From a bacterium (lineage in GTDB: Bacteria > Hinthialibacterota > Hinthialibacteria > Hinthialibacterales > Hinthialibacteraceae): a DNA stretch of 63,106 nt. This document shows positions 30,631-40,857 of this stretch, in pieces (the first letter of the stretch is position 1; the number at the start of each line of letters is the position of its first letter). The stretch is taken from NCBI GenBank assembly GCA_963663405.2, contig CAXXSM010000133.1, positions 1-63,106 on the forward strand, in the 5' to 3' direction. A model generated the notes under the pieces. The model did no database searches. It saw only the letters and a list, made by a program, of their open reading frames with translations, and was not told the DNA's origin. A program made the translations under genes and the position numbers.

Positions 30631-31919
30631 CGAATCACTTTCCAATACCGGATTTCTGGATTCTCGCCGCCCCGGTCAAGAATGGCGAAGATTTCCCGGT
30701 AGGCCTGGCTCTGGGGCATATACCCAGCGGATCGAATGGAGAAGACGGACGATTTTACACAAATCTGATTGGCGATCTGCCTAAATAAATTCTCCGTCAT
30801 TCCATCCACATCCAATACTTCTCCAATATTTTCAAAAGGGCCCTCTTCCGATTGGCGGTATTCCACAATCGCCTCAGCCACGCCTTCTTCCTCTGGAAAG
30901 AGACACTTGAGAACAACTGCGGGAGCCGTATTGATATTGATGCGCCCGTATAAATTCTCTTCATCCGACACAGTGATCCGGTCGGCGATCTGTTGGAATT
31001 TCTCCCGATTCAGGGGGCCGTTCGACTCCCCGCTTAATAAGTCGCCGATCGACTCAAAATTGTTCTCATCACGGGTGGTGATGATCGAGTTGATCTCCGC
31101 GCTTGTTAAGATATCCTCAAACTCTTCTTCCAATTCTTCACGGGAAGCGCTGTTCACATTGATCCGCGGCTGCCCCTCGGCGTCCACGTTGCTTGCGTAC
31201 GAGAGGCACGTGATATAGGGATACCAGCCCCGGTTCAACACCCCGTCACTGTTATCCAACGGATAAGACGCCGTTCCGTCATTCTCACACTGATCAAGAA
31301 TCCCATTAGTGTTCGTATCCTCTCCATAGAACAGATCCAGGGTCATATCTTTAACCAGCAGCGCTTCTTCGATCGTATCGAGTTGCGTATTTTTCGCGCT
31401 GTAGGGTTCGGGAAGGCTTTCGTAATACTCGCTTTCCGCCCCGAATTCACTAATCTCTTCATCCTCATCCCGCCAATCGATCAGAGCGTCCACAACTTCC
31501 GGCTCCGCGAAGGGGAGCGCCAACAGCATTTCGCGCGAGGCGGTGTTCAAATTCAATTTCCCACATTCATCCATCAGGCCATAGAGAACGCCGGTCTCCG
31601 TATCCAAATCGGAATGCGTCACCCGGAAGATCCCCTTCCCCAAAACCACATCTCCAAACAACTGCTGGCTGTTGTACCATTCCTCGGATTGGTGATCCGT
31701 AAACGTTTCTTCTTTATCCCGGGCCAGCGCCGCCATCGCCTGGTAAATTCCCGCTTCGGCGAGGAGTTCCGCCTGTGTGCCTTCCACGATATTCCGGTTG
31801 ATCTTCAACGCCAGGCGGGATTGACGGGAAAAGACCATCGTGATCGTGCCGATAATCGCCACGACCCACAAAACAACGATCAAAGCGGCCCCCCGCTTAT
31901 GTGTTGTCAATCCAGCCAT
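30627..31919 (-). CDS. gspK: Minor pseudopilin GspK
   Basis: RG/AALIVVLW, DECGKLNLN, DWRDED, ININTAP HhH repeats. Confidence 0.9.
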   Translation of the reverse strand: MAGLTTHKRGAALIVVLWVVAIIGTITMVFSRQSRLALKINRNIVEGTQAELLAEAGIYQAMAALARDKEETFTDHQSEEWYNSQQLFGDVVLGKGIFRVTHSDLDTETGVLYGLMDECGKLNLNTASREMLLALPFAEPEVVDALIDWRDEDEEISEFGAESEYYESLPEPYSAKNTQLDTIEEALLVKDMTLDLFYGEDTNTNGILDQCENDGTASYPLDNSDGVLNRGWYPYITCLSYASNVDAEGQPRINVNSASREELEEEFEDILTSAEINSIITTRDENNFESIGDLLSGESNGPLNREKFQQIADRITVSDEENLYGRININTAPAVVLKCLFPEEEGVAEAIVEYRQSEEGPFENIGEVLDVDGMTENLFRQIANQICVKSSVFSIRSAGYMPQSQAYREIFAILDRGGENPEIRYWKVIR

Positions 31920-31993
31920 TCGTTTTAATCCTTACAATATGAATACGGCGATCGCGTTTCCAAAATTTCCCGCATGTTTGGTTTCTCGATCCA

Positions 31994-32797
31994 TCAACGG
32001 TCAGCGCCGCCTGGGACGTTTTGCCCGCTGGGATTTCCTCCTTGTCCACCGCCGCCGCCTTGCCCGCTACTACCGTTGTCCGCGTTGCCTCCAGCCGTTT
32101 CTTCTTCCAACGCTTCCGTCCCTCCCATGGGGCCCAGGCTGTCTTCCGGCGGTTCCCGGTACGACGCGATCCAGATCATCGTAGAAAAAAGTTCTACATT
32201 CGTCACTGTAGGAGTGTCGCCCAGCCGCTCCGGTTCAAACAATCCGATTTCGGCGTACACGCAGATTGGGATCTCCTCCATCGAATCCCACTCCGGCCAC
32301 CACATCTCTCCATCGTAAAATTGAAAATCGAGAGACACCACTTTCGGTCCCAGCAAGGCGGCTTCCCCTCCGGAAAAAGGATCTGAGTCCGGAGTCGGAT
32401 CGAAGCGGCGCAGCAGCCACTTCTCCGGCGTCGCGTCATCCTGATCGATGTAATACTGCACTTCCGCTAAATCACTCGTTCCCGCTCCATACTCCATCGG
32501 TTTGTTGACCGCGCTGATGAACGTCAATGTATCCGCTGAAAATTCACCATTCGTAAAATCCTGCGCGACAAAACGGGTTCTGTCATCATGAGGCGAAAGA
32601 AACGTGCTCTGTAAATCCGTCCGCATCCGTTCAAGGATTAAGCGCGCGATCTGCGGCGTATTCGCTTTTCGGCCATGTTCTTTATACGCTTTCAGAACAA
32701 CGGAAAGAGACACAAACGCTCCCCCCACCACCATCGCTGTCAACGTGGCCGCCATCAACAATTCAATCAATGTGAATCCCGCGTTGCGCTTCTTCAT
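31994..32797 (-). CDS. gspJ: Minor pseudopilin GspJ-like
   Basis: G/FTLIELL prepilin motif; FQFYDG..W..EW. Confidence 0.8.
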   Translation of the reverse strand: MKKRNAGFTLIELLMAATLTAMVVGGAFVSLSVVLKAYKEHGRKANTPQIARLILERMRTDLQSTFLSPHDDRTRFVAQDFTNGEFSADTLTFISAVNKPMEYGAGTSDLAEVQYYIDQDDATPEKWLLRRFDPTPDSDPFSGGEAALLGPKVVSLDFQFYDGEMWWPEWDSMEEIPICVYAEIGLFEPERLGDTPTVTNVELFSTMIWIASYREPPEDSLGPMGGTEALEEETAGGNADNGSSGQGGGGGQGGNPSGQNVPGGADR

Positions 32798-32875
32798 CGT
32801 CTATCCCACTTCGCGAATGAATCGACCTCCCAAAAGAATCGCCCAGTGGGCGTTTTTATCTCATCCATCGCATCA

Positions 32876-33274
32876 TCATGATTGTTCGATTTCTTCTTCC
32901 ATAACGGGAATTAAGTGAAATGAATCGTAAACCACTTGATAATCCCGCCGCCCGCGAGTCCAATAGACCGCGTATTGGACCTGATATAAATTCTCTATAT
33001 CCGTATAGAAATACGTTACGCGCCAGGAAAATTCCGGATGCGAAGCAAACTGGCCTTCATTCACCTGATCCGGCGAAAGCATATTCGTTCGAACCTGCGT
33101 CCGCAGTTCGTTCATCAAACTGGCCACGGTGGCGTAATCTTCCGATACCCGGCCCGCGACCAAGGCGGCGGAAAACGTCGTCAGAATCCCCGAAATGGCG
33201 ATTCCCAGGATCGTCATCGCCAACAGCGCCTCCACCAGGGAGAACGATGCCTTCGAACTCCATTTACTCTTCAT
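32876..33274 (-). CDS. Minor pseudopilin GspI-like
   Basis: S/FSLVEALLAM prepilin-like motif; FSWRV; operon position. Confidence 0.7.
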   Translation of the reverse strand: MKSKWSSKASFSLVEALLAMTILGIAISGILTTFSAALVAGRVSEDYATVASLMNELRTQVRTNMLSPDQVNEGQFASHPEFSWRVTYFYTDIENLYQVQYAVYWTRGRRDYQVVYDSFHLIPVMEEEIEQS

Positions 33275-33800
33275 AAAAACTCTCAACGCGCCGGTTCCAA
33301 ACGAGAACCTGCCCGGTCAGACCGACTACTCCAATCGTATACACCCGTTCTTGCTCATCCGTGAGATAGAGGAACGTATCCGAGGTTGATCCGTTTGGAT
33401 TGAACGAGATTTCGTCTTCCTCCTGCGAACCTTCCAGGTTCATTTTCATGATCTGCGCGACTTGGACCTTCCCTGCTACGTCTTTTTGAAATCGGACAGG
33501 AATCAATTCTTCGGCAAACACGCCGGGCGAAGTCATTGGATCGCCTTCCACCATAAAGACAATATTGCCCGATTCACGGTCAAAGATTAATTTGCTGATC
33601 CGGCTGCGTTCGATCGCGATGCTGCGCGCGTACCGCATTACATTGGCGATTGTCTGCGAAGCGGTTTTCAAGACACTCCCGCTGAGAGCGTGATTGAGGG
33701 AAGGCACAATCGCTCCCATCAAAATCGCCATGATGCTGATGACCAGCATCAATTCCGCCAGCGTGAAAGCGTTCTGTTTTTTGTTTGCAGGCTGATTCAT
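33264..33800 (-). CDS. Minor pseudopilin GspH/FimT-like
   Basis: A/FTLAELMLV, YARSIAI, ISFNPNG. Confidence 0.75.
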   Translation of the reverse strand: MNQPANKKQNAFTLAELMLVISIMAILMGAIVPSLNHALSGSVLKTASQTIANVMRYARSIAIERSRISKLIFDRESGNIVFMVEGDPMTSPGVFAEELIPVRFQKDVAGKVQVAQIMKMNLEGSQEEDEISFNPNGSTSDTFLYLTDEQERVYTIGVVGLTGQVLVWNRRVESFYEE

Positions 33801-33812
33801 GTGAGACCGCCT

Positions 33813-35033
33813 TTACCCGACCATCTTGCTGATGTTCAAGATCGGCAGGAGAAACGCGAACAGAACCCCGCCGACCCCGATCGCCATCAATACGATAACA
33901 AGCGGTTCGAACAAGGTGATGAACCGCTTGATCGCATGCTGCACTTCCTGATCGTACGTCTCCGCGACCTGAACCAGCATTTCATCCAATGTGCCTGATT
34001 CCTCACCCACCGCGATCAAGTTGGTTACCATAGGAGGAAAGAAACCCGTCTCTTTTAGAGGCGCCGCCAAGCCTTCCCCTCTCTTGACTTTCTCCGCGGC
34101 CTGCCGCAGAGAATTGGACAACGTCATGCTCGTGGTCGTGTCCACGACCAGATTCAGCGCATTGAGCACCGGTATCCCGCTGGAAACAAGCGTGCCCATT
34201 GTGCGCGAAAATCGGGCGACCTGGGCTTTAATCAACATCGGTCCCAACGCGGGAATCCGCTCCTTGATCGAGTCGAGTTTTTCCCGGCCAATAGGATTCT
34301 TTCGAATCCATTGAAAGAGATAGACCAATCCAACAATACCCAAAACAATCAGCCACCAATACGCCAAAATCACATCACTGGACGTGATTAGCATACCCGT
34401 CAAAAAAGGAAGCTGATCGCCGAAATCCGCGAACACCGCGCTGAGACGTGGAATCACAAATGTAACGAGAACCGCGATCGATCCCAAACCGACAAACACG
34501 ACCAGGCTGGGATATGTCAACGCGGTGACGATATTCGATCGAAGCGCGTTTTCCGCTTCCATAAAGCCCGCTAACTGCCGGAGCACCGCGTCCAACACAC
34601 CACCGGATTCCCCAACTCGTACCATACTGCAATATAATGTGTCGAAATACTTAGGATATTTCCCCAACGCTTCGGAAAGACTTGTGCCGCCCTGAATGTC
34701 CAGCCGCACATCTCGCGTGATAACGGAAAGATTTTCGCTCTCGGTTTGTTCCTCAAGAATCGAAAGCGCTTGCGACATCACGATTCCGGCTTTCAACAAA
34801 GCGCCCAGCTGATGGGTAAATACTTGAATGTCGCGGCGGGTGATCCGCGTACGGCGGCTGACTTTCGCGGCCTTTGCAGTTTTCCTTTTCGCGAGGGTTT
34901 CCATCTCCACTTTCAACGGACGGATCCCCCGCTCCCGCAGCTGCGCGATCGCTTCCGGACGAGTCCCGGCGGTAATCGCGCCCGATACGGTCTGTCCATT
35001 TGTGGTTACGGCTCGGTATTCAAAATTTGGCAT
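33813..35033 (-). CDS. gspF: Type II secretion inner membrane platform protein
   Basis: FTHQLGALLKAG, GESGGVL, ALTYP, GEESGTLDEML, FEPLVIV. Confidence 0.92.
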   Translation of the reverse strand: MPNFEYRAVTTNGQTVSGAITAGTRPEAIAQLRERGIRPLKVEMETLAKRKTAKAAKVSRRTRITRRDIQVFTHQLGALLKAGIVMSQALSILEEQTESENLSVITRDVRLDIQGGTSLSEALGKYPKYFDTLYCSMVRVGESGGVLDAVLRQLAGFMEAENALRSNIVTALTYPSLVVFVGLGSIAVLVTFVIPRLSAVFADFGDQLPFLTGMLITSSDVILAYWWLIVLGIVGLVYLFQWIRKNPIGREKLDSIKERIPALGPMLIKAQVARFSRTMGTLVSSGIPVLNALNLVVDTTTSMTLSNSLRQAAEKVKRGEGLAAPLKETGFFPPMVTNLIAVGEESGTLDEMLVQVAETYDQEVQHAIKRFITLFEPLVIVLMAIGVGGVLFAFLLPILNISKMVG

Positions 35034-35118
35034 GAGCGGTCCTGCTGATCCCCGAAGAATCTCTCTTTAGTATATGTAACGTTTAGGGAGTCAGAAAAGT
35101 TTGGATTATGTTGTTCGA

Positions 35119-36810
35119 TTAATCCGTTGTATCTTCTTCTTGTGAAACGCGTACGATCTCTTCCAGCGTCGTCGTTCCATCAAGAACCTTTTCAAATCCG
35201 TATTCACGCAAGTTTTTAATGTTGGCGAGTTGATGGACTTGGTTCGCCGAGGGCTGTGTCAGGATCAAATCCCGGATCGCGTCGTTTAACACGAGCAATT
35301 CAAAGATCCCCGTCCGCCCTCGATATCCCTGATTATGGCAGTATTCACATCCCACCCCTTTGAAGAGCTGAATTCCTTCTGGAATGGTGAAATTGGCTAA
35401 ACGCATGATCTCTTGATCGGGTATATACGGCTCGCGGCATTTTGGACAGTTTCTTCGAACCAAGCGCTGCGCGAGAACACCCGCCAAAGAAGAAGAAATT
35501 AAAAACGGATCGACTCCCATGTCCATCAAACGGGTCACGGCTCCCGACGCGTTGTTTGTGTGCAACGTGCTGAAGACCAAGTGTCCCGTTAAAGCGGACC
35601 GGATCGCGATTTCGGCCGTCTCCAAGTCGCGGATCTCACCGACCATGATAATATCGGGATCTTGCCGCACGACGGCGCGCAATCCATTCGCAAACGTCAA
35701 TCCCCGCTTCGGATTGACATGCATCTGGTTGATGCCATCGATATTGTATTCTACCGGATCTTCAATCGTGATCATCTTGACCGATGGATGTTTAATCACA
35801 TTCAACGCCGCGTAAAGCGTTGTCGTTTTCCCCGATCCCGTAGGACCGGTCACCAAAATGATCCCATATGTCCGCCGCAGCAGCCGGGTAAATTGTTTTT
35901 TGATTTCAGGCAGAAAACCCAGATCGTCGATATCCAGCAGAACATTGGTCTTATCCAAAATCCGCATTACGACGCTTTCGCCAAATGTGGTGGGAATAGT
36001 CGAGACACGAAAATCCAGTTCCCGGTCGGCCATGCGCAACCGGATATGTCCATCTTGCGGTGTATACCGTTCGGCGATATCCATTTCGGACATAATTTTA
36101 ATGCGGGAAATAATCGCCGATTGGAGATGTTTGGGAGGCGGCGGCATTTCACGCAGCATCCCGTCAATCCGGTACCGTACTTTCAATTCATTCTCAAACG
36201 GCTCCAGGTGGATATCGCTGGCGTCATTCTGCACCGCTTGGAAGATGATCAGATTTACCAGATTTACAACGGTCGGCTCTTTCGCCATCTCCCGCAGATC
36301 ACCGATATCATCTCCCGTTCCTTTAATAGTCTCATCATCCTCTGTGCTCAGGTTGGCGATCATTTTTTCGATCGTTGTTCCGAAATATCGTTCGATATTT
36401 TCAAGCAGATTCTTTTTCCGGGCCAGCACGACTTCGATCTCGCATCCTGTCAACATCCGCAGATCATCAAAAACCTGTAGCTCATTAGGATCTAACGCGG
36501 CGACGGTCAAAGTCCCATTCTCTTTTAATAATGGAAGCACGCAATGGCGTAACGCGAATTCCGCCGGCACGGAATTGACTACGCTAGGCGGGAGTTTCTC
36601 CGGGATTTCCAGCCACCGCACACAGTACGCCTGGCTGAGCGTATCCAGCAGACGATCCTCTTTGACAATTTGATGCCGTAAGAGAATCTCATCGAGCGGA
36701 TCGCCGGTTTCCTGCTGTTCCTGTTTCACCCGTTGAAATTGATCTTCCGAAACAAGACCGGAATTTTGCAATATTTCCTGCAAATCGAAATCACTGATTG
36801 ATGGAGCCAT
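35119..36810 (-). CDS. gspE: Type II secretion ATPase GspE/PulE
   Basis: ASDIHLEP, GPTGSGKTTT, IEDPVE, RQDPDIIMVGEIRD, STLHTN, tetracysteine motif. Confidence 0.93.
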   Translation of the reverse strand: MAPSISDFDLQEILQNSGLVSEDQFQRVKQEQQETGDPLDEILLRHQIVKEDRLLDTLSQAYCVRWLEIPEKLPPSVVNSVPAEFALRHCVLPLLKENGTLTVAALDPNELQVFDDLRMLTGCEIEVVLARKKNLLENIERYFGTTIEKMIANLSTEDDETIKGTGDDIGDLREMAKEPTVVNLVNLIIFQAVQNDASDIHLEPFENELKVRYRIDGMLREMPPPPKHLQSAIISRIKIMSEMDIAERYTPQDGHIRLRMADRELDFRVSTIPTTFGESVVMRILDKTNVLLDIDDLGFLPEIKKQFTRLLRRTYGIILVTGPTGSGKTTTLYAALNVIKHPSVKMITIEDPVEYNIDGINQMHVNPKRGLTFANGLRAVVRQDPDIIMVGEIRDLETAEIAIRSALTGHLVFSTLHTNNASGAVTRLMDMGVDPFLISSSLAGVLAQRLVRRNCPKCREPYIPDQEIMRLANFTIPEGIQLFKGVGCEYCHNQGYRGRTGIFELLVLNDAIRDLILTQPSANQVHQLANIKNLREYGFEKVLDGTTTLEEIVRVSQEEDTTD

Positions 36811-37143
36811 GACGCCTCACGCTTAAATCCAAACCGAATTCTTTCCACCAAAGAACTATAATACTCTTTTTTCGCCCCGCTCCGCGAATCTTCTCTAATC
36901 TGTATTACGTTAGTCGCTAGGGAACAGTTGTATGTTCGTTTCTCTTTTTTTGATGCTTTCGCCAAGTCAGCACAGTTCAAGCCGATCAATAATGAACAAC
37001 CTTTTTCTACATATTCGCAAAGAAAATGATCGGAACTAACATTTTTGTCTCACTAGGGCAATAATGATTAACCTCGTTACACTGGATCATAAAGGCTAGG
37101 CGCTTTACACGGCTTTACAATTCATGGCGCCTTATCCCCTGTG

Positions 37144-37171
37144 TTGACTCTTCCACCACGAAAGATAGAAT
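37144..37171 (+). promoter_or_regulatory. Probable sigma70 promoter
   Basis: TTGACT-N16-TAGAAT upstream of the FmdB-family gene. Confidence 0.45.
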
Positions 37172-37222
37172 AGGATATTGATAGTCATTATTTTAATAAA
37201 AGATCGGCCGGGAGGACCATCC

Positions 37223-37456
37223 ATGCCTCTGTTTGAGTATACATGCAACCAATGCAATAGACAATTTGAAGAACTCGTCTTCTCAACAAACGAGACGATC
37301 AACTGCCCGGATTGCGGCAGTAAAAACGTTAGTAAATCGCTCTCGACATTCGGCGTCTCGTCCGGGCACAAATCCCCTTGTGAAAGCGGGGCTTGTGGTC
37401 TCTCGCAACCCATGCCCTCCTGCTGTCAAGGCTGCTGCCCCGCCGGATTGGATTAA
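37223..37456 (+). CDS. FmdB-family zinc ribbon protein with Cys-rich tail
   Basis: MPLFEYTCNQC..FEEL...CPDCGS; GGGAGG RBS. Confidence 0.88.
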   Translation: MPLFEYTCNQCNRQFEELVFSTNETINCPDCGSKNVSKSLSTFGVSSGHKSPCESGACGLSQPMPSCCQGCCPAGLD

Positions 37457-37666
37457 TCCTCTGGACAGAACGCGCTTTCTTACGAATTGGCTCTTTATAC
37501 CCATTGACAGAGCGGGATCGCAAAAAAATAATATTCTTTTGCGCAAATAATAATAGATGACTTCTTCACGATCCTAAAGAGTAAAGGAAAATCGTGTGGA
37601 ATGGTGTGTAAACAAACCTTACGCCGTCATCCCTAAACGAATCTCTAACATACAGGTATTCTTTTT

Positions 37667-38368
37667 ATGTCCGCACACAAAGTCGACCACAAAGAACTTC
37701 AGCGCCGTCTGAAAGAAGACGAACTCCAGGTATTTTTTCAGGAATTCATTGAAAAAAGCAGACACATCATCACTAATTATGGACGCCAGATCGTCTTTGC
37801 CGTCATCGCGATCGCGCTGATCATCACCGCCGGATATTTATGGAAAGTAAACGGCAAAACAGCGTATTACAATTCCCAAATCCGATTTGGAAGCGCCAAC
37901 GCGCTCCTTCAGCAGGATAACTATGTGGAAGCGTTAGGTGAATTGGAAGAACTAACCAAATCATACTCTGGTACCGATGTGGCGCTTCGAGGGAAAATCC
38001 TTCTGGCCAGCTGTTATCATAAAAACCAACAATACGATCTCGCTCTCGAGACCTTTCAATCTGTTCTGCCCTCTTTAAACGAACTGGATAAAATTCCCGT
38101 TCAATTGGCGATGGTCCAAACGCTGCGCAGTCTCAACAAACCCGAACAAGGGCTCAACGAACTGGAATCTCTCGAATCCAAAGTCAAAACAGACGAACTT
38201 AAAGAACAGATTCTCTACTTGAAAGCCGGATGCTACGAAGATCTGAACGCGATTGACAAAGCGATTGAAACCTACAAATCGATCTCAAGCGATTCGCCTT
38301 GGAGAATGCTGGCCAACCAAAAGATTGAATGGCTGGAGGCGAAACCGGTGGGTGTCATCAATCCCTAA
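37667..38368 (+). CDS. YfgM-like membrane-anchored TPR protein
   Basis: LKED..., single TM, TPR helices. Confidence 0.7.
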   Translation: MSAHKVDHKELQRRLKEDELQVFFQEFIEKSRHIITNYGRQIVFAVIAIALIITAGYLWKVNGKTAYYNSQIRFGSANALLQQDNYVEALGELEELTKSYSGTDVALRGKILLASCYHKNQQYDLALETFQSVLPSLNELDKIPVQLAMVQTLRSLNKPEQGLNELESLESKVKTDELKEQILYLKAGCYEDLNAIDKAIETYKSISSDSPWRMLANQKIEWLEAKPVGVINP

Positions 38369-38478
38369 CCCGCAAACCGGGCCAAAAGCGGCCGGTTCGA
38401 GAATGGAAGAGTATGCTCTCCTATCCCCATGCGGCTCTCCTGGATTTGAAAGCGCGGGCTTTTTCCCCATCGAACATC

Positions 38479-39519
38479 CTGGATAAATCACAAATCAGAA
38501 ATCACTTACGCGAAGAACGCGCCCGTCAAGACGTTCGTCTCGCTCAGTATAAAAGCGCCCGCATTACAGAACGTCTTCTCTCTCTTCCCTGCGTGCAACA
38601 AGCCCACTGCGCCGCGTCGTACGCGTCAATCGATGAAGAAGTTGACACCCATTCGATCAATTCTTCATTAATCAATAATGGGAAAACACTAGCGCTGCCG
38701 AAAGTGATCGGAAACGAGATTCACTTCTTTCACGTTCAAAACTTAAAACGGGATCTTCCCGCTCTCGGCGCGTTCGGAATCCGGGAACCGGATCCTGCGC
38801 GTTGCGCTCCCATCGCGATCGCGGATATCGATCTATTCCTCGTCCCTGGAGTCGGTTTCGATCCCTTTGGAGGCCGCATCGGATTCGGGGGTGGTTTTTA
38901 CGACCGGGCGTTATCGCGGAAAAATGAAGAGGCGGCGTCCATCGGATTAGCGTACGAGTTTCAAATGACACACGCCATTCAAACTACATCCCTGGATGTT
39001 CCCATCGATCTCACGGTTACGGAAGAATGCGTCTATCAACCTCAATTTTCAACCTTCACCACCAATGATGAATCTGAAACCCACAACGCCGCCCATGTTA
39101 TGATCGAACGAGGTCTTACCAAGGGAGATGTATTGGCGCTGCACGGCGGTCTCGGCGCGGGAAAAACCGCGTTTGTTAAGGGGCTTGCGTCGGCGCTGAA
39201 CGCGCCGGAAACACCATCCAGCCCCACATTCGTTTTCTGCCGCGAATACCACGGAACCATTCCGCTCTATCACGCCGATTGCTACCGGCTCGAATCGATC
39301 CGCCCCGATGAGGAAGAATTCTGGCAGGAAATCATCCAATCCCCCGGCCTAATCGCGATCGAATGGGCGGAGCGTCTCGGTTCCATTCTACCCAAAACGA
39401 CAATTCACCTGTTCGCCGAAACAAAATCCGAAACCAAACGTGAATGGACCCTATTCACCCCCCTAAAAAAACAAGAGAAACTCAATGGAGGGCGGACGTC
39501 TCGTCCGCAAATAATATAG
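38479..39519 (+). CDS. tsaE: Fusion of 5-formyltetrahydrofolate cyclo-ligase and t6A biosynthesis ATPase TsaE (start uncertain: ATG 38413 or CTG 38479)
   Basis: EVDT, FGIREP, VPGVGFD..G.RIGFGGGFYDR, then in the same frame GGLGAGKT, SPTF, YH.D.YRL, IEWAE. Confidence 0.85.
   Translation: MDKSQIRNHLREERARQDVRLAQYKSARITERLLSLPCVQQAHCAASYASIDEEVDTHSINSSLINNGKTLALPKVIGNEIHFFHVQNLKRDLPALGAFGIREPDPARCAPIAIADIDLFLVPGVGFDPFGGRIGFGGGFYDRALSRKNEEAASIGLAYEFQMTHAIQTTSLDVPIDLTVTEECVYQPQFSTFTTNDESETHNAAHVMIERGLTKGDVLALHGGLGAGKTAFVKGLASALNAPETPSSPTFVFCREYHGTIPLYHADCYRLESIRPDEEEFWQEIIQSPGLIAIEWAERLGSILPKTTIHLFAETKSETKREWTLFTPLKKQEKLNGGRTSRPQII
39487..39508 (+). repeat. GGAG-led REP-like hairpin inside the 3' end of tsaE
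   Basis: GGAG-GGCGGACG-TCT-CGTCCGC; single copy in the window. Confidence 0.4.
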
Positions 39520-39526
39520 TATAAAA

Positions 39527-40237
39527 ATGCTAATCCTAGCTATAGACACAGCAAGCCCCACCGGCTCCACAGCCCTGCGCAACGATTCGGGTTTAGTGGC
39601 TCTCATTACCGTCAGCGTAGATCAAACACACAGCGAAGGCCTAATGCCCGCAGTCGATGATCTATTCAACCGCGCCCGCCTCAAACCGGACGATCTAACC
39701 GCTGTTGCCTGCGTCACCGGCCCTGGATCCTACACCGGATTACGCATCGGAGCCGCTGCCGCGCAGGGAATCGCGTTTGCGAACCATCTCCCCTGCGCCG
39801 CTTTTACATCGCTGGACGTTCTCGCATGGAGCGTCCCCCACGCCGTCTATCCGGTTTGCCCGGTTCTGCCCGCCCGCAAAGGATGGCTTTACGCTCGTCT
39901 TTATCGATGGATAGACGCCAATCCGCAGCCAATTACCGATGAGTTATATATCAAACCAGACGAATTAATCACCCAAATTCAAGAACCCACCCTCATCTAC
40001 GGGCCGGGCCTTAATCCCTATAGGATCATGCTGCAAGAAATATTAGGAGACGCGTTCGTGAATTTACCCTTGGTCTTTGACAGCCCGCGGGCGGATATTC
40101 TCGCCGAACTGGCTGCGCGGGCTGTGCGGGAAGGAAATACCATCGATCCAGAGCAGTTGCTTCCCCATTACCTCGGCCCCTCCCAGGCGGAAATTAATTG
40201 GAAGAAACGCCAGCGGCAACGCGGAGAACAGCCATGA
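39527..40237 (+). CDS. tsaB: tRNA threonylcarbamoyladenosine biosynthesis protein TsaB
   Basis: ILAIDTA, HSE.LMP, GPGSYTGLRIG, ARK..LY, P.YL. Confidence 0.93.
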   Translation: MLILAIDTASPTGSTALRNDSGLVALITVSVDQTHSEGLMPAVDDLFNRARLKPDDLTAVACVTGPGSYTGLRIGAAAAQGIAFANHLPCAAFTSLDVLAWSVPHAVYPVCPVLPARKGWLYARLYRWIDANPQPITDELYIKPDELITQIQEPTLIYGPGLNPYRIMLQEILGDAFVNLPLVFDSPRADILAELAARAVREGNTIDPEQLLPHYLGPSQAEINWKKRQRQRGEQP

Positions 40238-40749
40238 GCATTCAAATCCGCCCACTCCATATGCGCGACCTCGCCGCCGTTCATGAAATCGAACAGATGT
40301 CGTTTTCCGATCCTTGGACGCGCCGGATGTTCCTCTCCGAAATCACCGCGCAGAATCGCAGTCAGGCCCGCGTCGCTGTCGATACCCGCACGGACACAAT
40401 CGCCGGTTATTGCTTCTATTGGGTGATCGAAGAAGACGATATCCAAATCACCAACATCGCCGTTCATCCCCGCTACCGTAAACAGGGCATCGCGATTTCA
40501 TTGATCGAAGAAACCATCGCCTACGCCCATCAACACCCCATCGAAGGCATCACTTTAGAAGTCCGGCAGTCAAACAAAGCCGCCCGCTCGTTATATGAAA
40601 AATTTGGATTCACCGAAACCGGAAGACGTAGAAACTACTACCGCCGCCCCAAAGAAGACGCCATCATCCTCCGCCTGCCGGTTGAGAAAGCAGAATTAAA
40701 ACAAGCAGAATTGGCGCATGACCGTCTGAACCTTGATTATAAGGATTAA
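40234..40749 (+). CDS. rimI: Ribosomal protein S18 alanine N-acetyltransferase
   Basis: IEQMSFSDPW, ITNIAVHP, TLEVRQSN, YEKFGF, RRNYY, EDAI. Confidence 0.92.
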   Translation: MSIQIRPLHMRDLAAVHEIEQMSFSDPWTRRMFLSEITAQNRSQARVAVDTRTDTIAGYCFYWVIEEDDIQITNIAVHPRYRKQGIAISLIEETIAYAHQHPIEGITLEVRQSNKAARSLYEKFGFTETGRRRNYYRRPKEDAIILRLPVEKAELKQAELAHDRLNLDYKD

Positions 40750-40777
40750 ATGATTTCCATGATTAAAAATCAAGTTC
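40724..40777. repeat. Truncated 9-bp-period element overlapping the rimI stop
   Basis: GTCTGAACCTTGATTATAAGGATTAAATGATTTCCATGATTAA, similar to 43031-43073. Confidence 0.6.
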
Positions 40778-40857
40778 TCATAGGATGGGCTAAGTAATGG
40801 CGCTAGCGCCATAGCTTTTAAGCGAAACGTAAAACTTATATTTGATGGTTTAAACGG

